The notes below the pieces were generated by a model, which had not been told where the DNA came from, did no database searches, and saw only the letters and a program-made list of their open reading frames with translations. Positions 54,301 to 64,000 of a stretch of DNA of 64,000 nt are shown here, in pieces (position 1 is the stretch's first letter; each line of letters starts with the position of its first letter). Location: the NCBI GenBank assembly GCA_037447605.1, contig CM074815.1:1302001-1366000 (forward strand). The letters run 5' to 3'. A program made the translations under genes and the position numbers. Origin of the DNA: Zygnema circumcarinatum SAG 698-1b. Its lineage: Eukaryota > Plantae > Zygnematophyceae.

Positions 54301-57300
54301 ATTGGCTAAAGTACATTAGGCGGGGATATTACCTTGTTTTGGTACAAGTCATGGATACTACGGAAGATATTCATGATGAGGCACAAGCGTGGCCAGTTAC
54401 GCCTTCGGATGTGTTGTCACCTGTTCCATCTCAGATCCAACCCTTGTTNNNNNNNNNNAACCCTGATTTTCCCTTCCCGGTATGTCTAGCCATAAACCAC
54501 CCCACCAGTCGGACAGTCGACCCTCCTGCTCTCTCTGATCTCAAACGGATGATTCAAGAGGGCTATATTGGTGATCCCTTGTTCTTGGATGGCCAGGGTA
54601 GTGGCTATAAGGACAAAGTGGTGCTCTCAACAGATGGGTTTTGGTATCACGAGACGCAATTAGTCGTGCCCAAGACCGGGGTTGTACGGCAACTCATTCT
54701 GAGTGAGTTGCATGATCCGCCGTACAGAGGTCATATGGGAATTGCCAAGACTCGTGAGGCACTGCTCCGTGAGTTCTGGTGGCCGGGGCTCACGAGGGAT
54801 GTGAAGGCGTATGTACTCGCCTGTCCCACTTGTCAACGTGATAAGACACGCACTGGCAAGATTCCTGGCCAGCTGCAACCCTTGACACCTCCTTTTCGGA
54901 AATGGGAGAGTGTTGGCATGGATTTGATCACTGATCTACCTGTCACACCACGGGGTTTTGACTCCATCTTAGTGTTCGTCGATAGGCTCAGCAAGATGGT
55001 GCATTTTGCACCAACTACTAAGACAGCTGGGGCCGATGAGATGGCACGGATATATGTTGACAAAGTGTGGAGTCTGCATGGGCTTCAATCAGAGATTATT
55101 TCTGATCGAGATCCCCGATTCACTGGACATTTCTGGAAAGAAGTGCTACGAATCGTGGGTACAAGCGGGCTATGGTCTGACCTTCCACCCATAAGCCCGG
55201 CTGGCCCGGTGGGAGGCGGAGTAAAGGCGAATCACGGAAGATTATCGCCGGCATTATGTGGGACCTACACGGATGTGTAGGATCGGTTGCTCGGTGGTAC
55301 GAATATGCGCATTAATAATGCGTACACCCGGGAATCTATGATGCTTACTCCATTCTTTTTGAATTTTGGTCAGCATCCTCTAAATCCCCTGCAGCCGAAG
55401 GATCAATCCCCTTCTGAGTGGCACATGGGTGTCCACCGAAATCCCGATCCTTGGTGTACGAGAGGAGCTGGTGGGACTCAACCTCCTGCCGTTACTTCTT
55501 TTGTCCGATTGATGTCTGAGTCCTTGCAGCGGGCGCGGCAGACCCTGCAAGCGGCCAACTCCCGACAGAAGTCGTATGCTGATCGCAAGCGGACTCCACT
55601 TACCTTTATTGAGGGAGATGAAGTTTTGTTGAGTACCGCTCATCTTAAACTCAAAGCTTATGGCGGCACCCGTAAGCTGTGGCCACGTTATGTGGGGCCT
55701 TTTAAAGTCGTGAAGCGCATTGGAGAAGTGGCTTACAGGTTGGATTTACCAGCCCATATGAAAGTGCATCCGGTCTTTCATGTGAGTCTGCTAAAGGCTT
55801 ACCGACACGACGGGAGGATCCAACCACCTCCTACACCAGTGGAGATTGAAGGCGACCTTGAGTATGAGGTTGAAGCCATTCAAACCCACCGAACAGTGCG
55901 AAAGGGTCGCAGATCCCATCACGAGTATCTCGTGAAATGGTTGGGCTATGGGGTTGAACATAGTACTTGGGAGAAAGAAGGCAACTTGACCAATTGCCAG
56001 GAGCTCCTTGATTTGTATTGGGAGGCGCGGGCCGCCGGAGCGCGGGCGAGGGCTGAACGGGGGGTTCCTGGGCAGTCTTCGCGCAACTCGGACGGGGACT
56101 TGACCGGGATTATCGCTGAGCCCTCCCGTACGTCACGCAGAGTTCGACGCGTGTCGTCGAAACTGCGAGCTGCTTTGACTTGATTTACCCTCGTGAACGA
56201 GGACGTTCACACTTCGCATTGGGGGGGGGAGTAATGTAGCGAACTGAACGCTACAGACACCACGGTGCCGCCGGCATCCTGAGGATCTCCGTACGGTTCG
56301 GCCGTACAAGCCGTCCGTACAGTCGTACGGTGTAGCCGTACGGATCCGTACCACCCGTACGGACGGTACGGACTGACGGCGATTCTGCGGCGTCGCGCGT
56401 CGCGTTCGAGATCGGAACGCGACCACGACCGCCGGTCGCTATACGGAGTGACGTGTCACGGTCACACATTGGGAATGCTGGTGACCGTGACCGGCCTCTC
56501 ATACAACTGGCATTGGACCAGCCGATTGGCCACGTGGCATAGCGCCATTGGCTAGCCCTGCTCCCGGTCCCTTACGCTGGTAAAGGGTTCGACGGGGGGA
56601 GCGTATAAGGGGCGTGGGATGAATGCAAGAGGGGGTCCTTGAAGGGGGCACTTGCAATCGTTCCAGAAACCAGCATTACATTTAAGTGACTTAGTCTCTA
56701 GCAGGCTTTGGGTGTTGTGCTCAAGGCTTGTTACATTTTGGTATCAGAGCCTGTGTTTCTCTTTCCAAGATTGTTTGTTTAATGGAGGCATTTCCAGAAT
56801 TTCCGCCTTTTCCGCCTTCCAGCCCTGAGGACCAAGAGGATCACCCGATGGAGGAGAATCCAGAGGAGGATGAGACGGCAGATCCGCGGGGTCCTTCTCT
56901 CATCGACTACAGCCCGTCTCCTTGCAGCAGCCCGGAGCAAGCGCCTCCTGCACCCATTCAGAATGATCCTCCGCCGCCACCTGCGGCTGAGACGAACATC
57001 ACCGCCGGAGCAGCCTTGAATCTCCAGCAAGATGTGCGAGGAGTTCAGGCCAAGATTGGTCAAGATTTAGACTCCTTGTGACCCAAAGGCGGGGGTAAGA
57101 GCGGAGATGGGTATAGCGTTAGAGAAGAAGATGGTTAAGCTTACGTGCTTGCGGACCTCTGAGGGATTTGGCTTCATACATGAAAAGAACGGCCCGGCGG
57201 CAAAAGATGCGTCCAACATTCCCAGTAGGAAGCGTTGGCCGAAGAAAAGATCTTCCACAGGGGAGTGATGGGGGTATACCATCAAATGCCACGAAGCTGC

Positions 57301-57605
57301 GACCCAACTGTTGCCTCAAAGCGGCGGGCGGTGCGTGGACCCCTGCCTCTTCTACGGAAGTCATCCCAGCGAGGGGTGGCGCACCTTCGGTGGTGGTGGA
57401 TCCCCGCCGGGGATGCGCCCTGCAGTGATGGGGAGACTTCTGGAATAGGATGCGGCCTTGCGTTGCTCCTGGTGGTCTTAGAGCAGGGGCCAAGAGTAAC
57501 CCCAGCTACTCGCCGGGGAGAACACCACGCAACCGGCATTTCTATTGAGCGATTGGCAAATGAAGGGTTACACCTTCCGCCCGCAGTACCCGCGAGAAGG
57601 AGTGG

Positions 57606-58283
57606 GTGTTCTCATATCCATCAACTCATGGCGATGCCTATATAGGTGCCGAGAGCTTAGCCACTAAGATCGGGAGTGATTGGGAGAAATTCCGCAAGGA
57701 ACTTGAGCGTCATTTTGGGGTTTTGGATCCTAGAATGGAAGCGCGTCAAAGGTACCACAGTATGGTACAGACTGGTAGTGCCAAGAAGTTCTTGCGAGAT
57801 CTGCGTATGACGGTGTCACTCATAAAGACACATCGTCCTACTGATGAAGCAGTGTTTTATCACTTCTGGATGGGCCTGAAGCCGCATTTGAAGAAGGAAT
57901 TGCGATTAAATCCACGTACATCTCAACCGTGGGAGCCCGTGGATGCAGAATTCTTTTATGCGGCGGCTTTGCAAGCTGATTCCTTTCCTGGCAGCAGCGC
58001 CGGACCTTCACGTCCACCACCTCCAGAGGCAGACCGGAAGCTCTTCCTTTCATTTCCAAAGCTTCAGGGGGCAAATCCGCAGAAGAGGAAGCCGAGTGCC
58101 ACCTCTGCCCCACAGCCTTCTGCGAAGGTGCAGAAGCTTACTCCACAGGAAATGGAGAAGATGAAGAAGGAAGGACGATGTTTCCGATGCCGGCAGTCTG
58201 GCCATATGGCGAAGGACTGTCCGCAAAGCATCAAGGACAAGAAGGGAAAAGGGCCGGAAAACGGCACACCACCAGCAGTGTAG
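57606..58283 (+). CDS. Chromovirus gag, C-terminal part with CCHC knuckle (duplicate at ~52670-53348)
   Basis: FRKELERHF...ARQRYHSMVQTGSAKKFL and the zinc knuckle CFRCRQSGHMAKDC; TAG stop at 58281-83. Confidence 0.85.
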   Translation: MFSYPSTHGDAYIGAESLATKIGSDWEKFRKELERHFGVLDPRMEARQRYHSMVQTGSAKKFLRDLRMTVSLIKTHRPTDEAVFYHFWMGLKPHLKKELRLNPRTSQPWEPVDAEFFYAAALQADSFPGSSAGPSRPPPPEADRKLFLSFPKLQGANPQKRKPSATSAPQPSAKVQKLTPQEMEKMKKEGRCFRCRQSGHMAKDCPQSIKDKKGKGPENGTPPAV

Positions 58284-61200
58284 GAGTCGCTGCGGGTGGA
58301 GAAGATGGATTAAGGATTGCAGCTGCTGCCATCAGTTCTAGAGGCTTGCTTGTACCACAACCTCTTGATATTTTGAAAGTGATGGGCAGACAGCCGGATG
58401 ACCATGATGTATTTGTGACTTTGTGTCCTGAGCATCTAAATGTGATTCCATTCTCGATTTCCTTAATCGTGACTCCTGACTCTTTCATGAATGTTGTGAT
58501 GAATGGAGAACAATTGACTGTTTGGATTTTGAATCCTTCAGGTAATGTGTCTCTTATTGATTGCACATTTGTTGCTTTACGGTTACAGCGCACCACTAAT
58601 CATGTTTCAAGTTTGCATGTATTGATGCCTTTACATGCTTCGATTGGGACTTTTAGCCATACTAACTGGAAGTTGGTCAAGATCTGGCGAAAAGGACATC
58701 CCATGCTACATTGGGTGGATACTTCTACCAGTTTGCTGGTTGGATCGCCGTACCCTTTGATCTGGCGGACTTCATGTTCTCCATCATCGTATGTATTGCG
58801 GTCACTCTTCCACCTTGCACACCGTGCAATGACCTTTCAAGGATTCATTGGCGGCAGATCTGTAGTAGTTTTACTTGATTCAGGTGCTGATTCTAATTTC
58901 ATTAGTGCTGTACTTGTTAAGCTTGTTGACTTGTTTGTCTCCCCTCTCACCGAAGTCGTGACTTTTGGTGATGGAAGACAGGGTCAAATCCTTGGCACCA
59001 TAACCACACGTCTGAAGATTCAGACTTACTCAGGGCAGATTCGGTGTTTTGTCACTAATCTGGCGCCTGGCCTAGATGTTATTCTGGGAAGTCAGTGGTT
59101 AACCATGGTCAAGGCTCAGATGGATTTTTCCATACCCACTTGTGTTTTGCGTTGTGGCGCACGACGAATAACTCTGCGCCCAGGCATTACGATTCCAGAT
59201 GCTGCTGAGCAGTCTGATACACCTTTTCAGTGTTCAGCCATGCAATTGGCTAAAGCTGTTAAGGCAGGATGTACCTTGTTTTTGGTACAAGTCATGGATA
59301 CCACGGAAGATGTTCATGACGAGGAACAAGAGTGGCATGTCACACCTACGGATGTGTTGTCACCTGTTCCATCTCAGATCCAACCGTTATTGGATGTATT
59401 CAGGGACATTTTTCCTGATGACTTACCTCGGGGATTGCCTCCGTCACGAGGTGTCGGGCATACTATTCCCTTGGAAACTGACATGTTTTGGCGACCATTT
59501 ATCGGTTAAGTCCCGCGAGACCGGCGAGATGCGCAGAAGCAACTCTCAAACTTGAGAGACAAAGGTTGATCAACCCAGCCGTAGTCCTTCGGTGCTCCAA
59601 TCCTTTGTGGGGAAGAAAGATGGTTCTTTGCGCATGTGCATTGACTACTCCGCACCTCTAACAAGATAATCGTCAAGAATCGCATACAAGTATCACAGAT
59701 TGATGACTTGTCGGACAGATTGCAAGGTGCCTCGAAAGTATTCACATCACCATCTTGTACAAGGTTGGTCAACAGACTGTGTGACGGACGCCGGAGCGCA
59801 ACGCAAGACGGCGTCAGACTTATCGGTCATTTCCAAAAGATAAGGTTTTACCTTTTGATCGGGACCAATGCTCATTAACTTTCCAAGCCGCCATGAAATC
59901 CAAATGTTCATTGGCATGGATGACTTTGTTTTGGTGTACCTCGATGATATTCCCTCGCTCAGTAAGACAGCTGAGGACCATCTTCAACACGTGAGAAAGG
60001 TGTTTGAAGTTCTGAGGAAGCATCATTTTTATGCCAAGTGGAAGAAGTGTCACTTCATGCAGCGTGAGCTGCTTTACCTTGGGCATATCCTGAATGATCA
60101 GGGCATTCGACCGGACCCGGCTAAGGTGGTTGCGGTTGAGACATGGGAAGTACCGGCTGATTTACATCAGTTGCGGTCTTTCCTCGGATTTGCGAATTAT
60201 TTTCGTAAATTTATTCAAGGGTTTAGCAAACTTGTTACTCCCTTGACAGATTTGACACGTGCCGGTGTCACTTACATTTGGACGCCTGAATGCCAGAGGG
60301 CCTTTGAGGGTGTTAAACATGCCTTAGTCACCGCACCTACATTGGTGTTGGCAGACCCTACCAAACCATATGAGGTGGTTTGTGATGCGTCCGGATTCGC
60401 TCTGGGAGCCGTCCTATTTCAGGATGGGCGACCTCTTGCGTACGAAAGTCGTAAGATGAACCCAGCCGAACGCAATTATTCTGCAACTGAGCAAGAGCTC
60501 CTTGCAGTAATCCACGCCTTGAGGACATGGCGGTGTTATTTAGAGGGGGCGAAAGCGGTTACGCTTGTCACGGATCATCGGCCGTTGACATTTCTCTCCT
60601 CTCAACAGACATTGACTAGGCGGCAGGCACGCTGGTCCGAGTTCCTTCAACGATTTGACTGTCAGTGGGTCTATCGACCAGGGAGGTTGAATGTGGCGGA
60701 CCCATTGAGCAGGCAGTCGCGACATCTAGCCTGGATGGTGCATTCGTCGACTCGGGTGATGGAGGAACGAAGCGGTCGAGATGAAGGGCCGGCCAACCCT
60801 GATTTTCCCTTTCCGGTATGCCTAGCCATAAACCACCGCACCAGTAGGACAGTCGACCCTCCTGCTCTCTCTGATCTCAGACGGATGATTCAAGAGGGCT
60901 ATACTGGTGATCCCTTGTTCTTGGATGGCCAGGGTAAAGTGGCTATAAGGACAAAGTGGTGCTCTCAACAGATAGGTTTTGGTATCACGGGACGCAATTG
61001 GTCGTGCCCAAGACCGGGGTTGTACGGCAACTCATTCTGAGTGAGTTGCATGATCCGCCGTACAGAGGTCATATGGGAATTGCCAAGACTCGTGAGGCAC
61101 TGCTCCGTGAGTTCTGGTGGCCGGGGCTCACGAGGGATGTGAAGGCGTATGTACTCGCCTGTCCCACTTGTCAACGTGATAAGGCACGCACTGGCAGGAT

Positions 61201-62515
61201 TCCTGGCCAGCTGCAACCCTTGACACCTCCTTTTCGAAAATGGGAGAGTGTTGGCATGGATTTGATCACTGATCTTCCTGCCACACCACGGGGTTTTGAC
61301 TCCATCTTAGTGTTCGTCGATAGGCTCAGCAAGATGGTGCATTTTGCACCAACTACTAAGACAGCTGGGGCCGGTGAGATGGCACGGATATATGTTGACA
61401 AAGTATGGAGTTTGCATGGGCTTCAATCAGAGATTATTTCTGATCGAGATCCCAGATTCACTGGACATTTCTGGAAAGAAGTGCTACGAATCGTNNNNNN
61501 NNNNCCACCCGCAAACTGACGGCCAGACGGAGCGAGTGAACCGAATCCTGGAAGATTATCTTCGGCATTATGTGGGACCTACACCAGATGTGTGGGACCA
61601 GTTGCTCCCAGTGGCGGAGTACGCCATTAATAATGCGTACCAGGAATCTATCGGCACTACTCCTTTCTTCTTAAATTTTGGTCAGCGTCCTCTAAATCCC
61701 CTGCAGCCAAAGGATCAATCCCCTTCTGAGTGGCACATGGGTGTCCACCGAAACCTCGATCCTTGGTGTACGAGAGGAGCGGACAGGACTCAACCTCCTG
61801 CCGTTACTTCTTTTGTCCGATTAATGTCTGAGTCGTTGCAGAGGGCCCGGCAGACCCTGCAAGCGGCCACCTCCCGACAGAAGTCGTATGCTGATCGCAA
61901 GCGGACTCCACTTTTCTTTACTGAGGGAGATGAAGTTTTGTTGAGTACCGCTCATCTTAAACTCAAAGCTTATGGCGGCACCCGTAAGTTGTGGCCACGT
62001 TATGTGGGACCTTTCAAAGTCGTGAAGCGCATTGGAGAAGTGGCTTACCGGTTGGATTTNNNNNNNNNNGGTTGGATTTACCAGCCCATATGAAAGTGCA
62101 TCCGGTCTTTCATGTGAGTCTGCTAAAGGCTTACCGACACGACGGGAGGATCCAACCACCTCCTACACCAGTGGAGATTGAAGGCGATCTTGAGTATGAG
62201 GTTGAAGCCATTCAAACCCACCGAACAGTGCGAAAGGGTCGCAGATCCCATCACGAGTATCTCGTGAAATGGTTGGGCTATGGGGTTGAACATAGTACTT
62301 GGGAGAAAGAAGGCAACTTGACCAATTGCCAGGAGCTCCTTGATTTGTATTGGGAGGCGCGGGCCGCCGGAGCGCGGGCGAGGGCTGAACGGGGGGTTCC
62401 TGGGCAGTCTTCGCGCAACTCGGACGGGGACTTGACCGGGATTATCGCTGAGCCCTCCCGTACGTCACGCAGAGTTCGACGCGTGTCGTCGAAACTGCGA
62501 GCTGCTTTGACTTGA
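58178..62515 (+). pseudogene. Chromovirus pol: unknown domain, protease, RT, RNase H, integrase, chromodomain (several frame breaks and gaps; duplicate at 53243-56183)
   Basis: LLDSGADSNF (protease); VLVYLDD (RT); VVCDASGFALGAVL...YSATEQELLAVIHAL (RNase H); HDPPYRGH...CPTC, GMDLITDL, SDRDPRF, DGQTERVN (integrase); YVGPFKV; chromodomain YEVEAI...YLVKWLGY...STWE. Confidence 0.92.
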
Positions 62516-63044
62516 TTTACCCTCGTGAACGAGGACGTTCACACTTCGCATTGGGGGGGGGAGTAATGTAGCGAACTGAACGCTACAGACACCACGGTGC
62601 CGCCGGCATCCTGAGGATCTCCGTACGGTTCGGCCGTACAAGCCGTCCGTACAGTCGTACGGTGTAGCCGTACGGATCCGTACCACCCGTACGGACGGTA
62701 CGGACTGACGGCGATTCTGCGGCGTCGCGCGTCGCGTTCGAGATCGGAACGCGACCACGCACGCCGGTCGCCATATTGTGAGGACGGTCACGGCCGCCAC
62801 ATCGAACGCCATGACCGCGACCGCCTCTCATACAACCGGCATTGACCAGCCGATTGGCCACGTGGCATAGCGCCATTGGCTAGCCCTGCTCCGGTCCCTT
62901 CGCGGTAAAGAAGGGTTGGCCCGAGAGGGAGAAGCGTATAAAGAAGATAGGATGAATGCAAGAGGGGTCATGAAGGGGCACTTGTCGTTCAGAAACGGCG
63001 TACATTTAAGTGACTTAGTCTCTAGCAGGCTTTGGGTGTTGTGC

Positions 63045-63941
63045 TCAAGGCTTGTTACAGCCGGATGGGTACGTTGTGAACGCCGGAGGTGAGGGTGTCT
63101 TCTGAGGAATCCCTTGCTCTGCTATAGGACTGCGTGCCGCTGCTGTGCTTGAAGGGACTCCTGGTGCAGTAGTTATCCGACTGAGATCTCGTGGGTTTTG
63201 TCTTTGGTGGGCCGCAGGGGGGATCTCAGGTTCGAACGGAACTCCTCTCTTCACGGCATCTGCGGCCGTTACAGCAACTGGGCAGGCTGCAAGCTTGATC
63301 ATCCTGCGTGCATATCGCCAGCGAAGTTTATGGCCATCACTACCTAGGTGGAGTCGCTGCAGCTCTTCAATCGACTCGATCTGCTCAAGGTAAGCCAAAC
63401 TGGGATAAGGGTTCTCTTCGGTGATGCCCATCTTCAGTCTCTCTCTGACTGCTTCTTCCTCTGAGTCTGAATCCGTCCTTGGATTTCCGATCGCCTGTTC
63501 TTCTTGAGGTCCCAAGTCTTCATCTGAATACTCATGAAGATCTGCTTGTCCCTCTTGTTGCAGCTCTTCATCCATGGCGGCTGTGACACGGGTCACAGGA
63601 TCGGCAGCCTCACGTATCAAGGTACGTGGATCTGCAAAACCTTCAGCTCTGATACCAAGATAAGTGGGGTTAAGAGAAGACTGCTGAGCTAGTTGCAGGT
63701 GCTGTACGGCCACTCGCGCGTCCGTGCTGAAACTAATGAAGGGTTGGGTTGGTGCTGTGGGTCTGCCTGCAGCATAGAGCCAGGATCCGGGAGATTCAGA
63801 GGTACGCGCAGCGGAAGACGTAGGGATCCTGAAGATGTTCCCACCGGCGGCTGGACTCGATGCGCAAAGGGCTCTTCCTTGGGGACTCTCCTCCCCTGTC
63901 CTCTTCTCGGCTAGTCTCTTAGCTAGGCTTCTAGTTATCAT
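63045..63941 (-). CDS. Family A gag N-terminus; the ORF starts inside the 5' LTR and reads through the PBS
   Basis: Open from MITRSLAKRL (63941) through LGIRA (the PBS translation) into PRTLIREAADPVTRVTAAMDEELQQ, homologous to 5409-6530. Confidence 0.7.
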   Translation of the reverse strand: MITRSLAKRLAEKRTGEESPQGRALCASSPAAGGNIFRIPTSSAARTSESPGSWLYAAGRPTAPTQPFISFSTDARVAVQHLQLAQQSSLNPTYLGIRAEGFADPRTLIREAADPVTRVTAAMDEELQQEGQADLHEYSDEDLGPQEEQAIGNPRTDSDSEEEAVRERLKMGITEENPYPSLAYLEQIESIEELQRLHLGSDGHKLRWRYARRMIKLAACPVAVTAADAVKRGVPFEPEIPPAAHQRQNPRDLSRITTAPGVPSSTAAARSPIAEQGIPQKTPSPPAFTTYPSGCNKP

Positions 63942-64000
63942 TGGTCATTGGGAGGAATGTAAAGAGATAGAACAAGATGGTAACTTGGCATAGTGACTGT

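Larger units (their letters stand above)
51344..63059 (+). mobile_element. Chromovirus (Ty3/Gypsy with group-I-type chromodomain), tandem LTR-int-LTR-int-LTR, inserted in the family A gag
   Basis: LTRs 51344-51816, 56235-56735 and 62567-63059 (TGTAGC...GTTACA). PBS TGGTATCAGAGC follows LTR1 and LTR2; PPT G-run+AGTAA precedes LTR2 and LTR3. The host gag resumes at 63060. Outer flanks CCCAG and GCCGG are an imperfect TSD. Confidence 0.92.
39570..64000 (-). mobile_element. Ty3/Gypsy family A, copy 2, with three nested insertions; the 5' LTR runs off the right edge
   Basis: Minus-strand order from the right: LTR (63658+), PBS GCTCTGATACCA at 63646-57, gag (63060-63941 and 49019-51343, with a CTFCQITGHDARVC knuckle), protease-like INTGA, RT, RNase H, integrase (40.9-44.2 kb), 3' LTR ~39570-40591. 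Confidence 0.85.

Noticed and set aside
54440-54470. RT/RNase H missing from the first chromovirus copy
   Set aside because: The loss coincides with a 10-N join, so it is an assembly gap rather than evidence of a deleted derivative.

Overview
Eukaryotic, intron-rich DNA from the green-plant lineage, probably a non-seed streptophyte (inferred from gene style, not proven). A four-gene island at ~10.9-32.3 kb contains a ~22-exon Argonaute (+), an alkenal/one-oxidoreductase-like gene (-, partly in a 100-N gap), proteasome ATPase RPT3 (+) and a CMP-sialic-acid-transporter-family gene (+). Nested transposon blocks flank it. Left: a minus-strand Ty3/Gypsy (family A) interrupted by a gag/protease-only Copia, then two adjacent long-TIR MITEs just upstream of AGO. 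Right: a TA-flanked foldback MITE holding a non-coding LARD, then a >24 kb family-A Gypsy carrying a 455-bp TRIM, a second LARD and a three-LTR chromovirus tandem. Most interesting: (1) the TRIM's LTRs carry a tRNA-like Pol III A/B-box core and its termini match the neighbouring chromovirus; (2) that chromovirus has a -1 frameshift signal leading into a possible degenerate dUTPase-fold domain ahead of the protease; (3) the AGO keeps its DEDH tetrad but has lost several conserved guide-binding basic residues; (4) two Copia-type non-autonomous families share a hairpin enclosing the PPT. Caveat: TE regions are indel-rich and contain 10-N joins, so frameshifts and single substitutions there may be assembly errors. 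All alignments and translations were done by eye.
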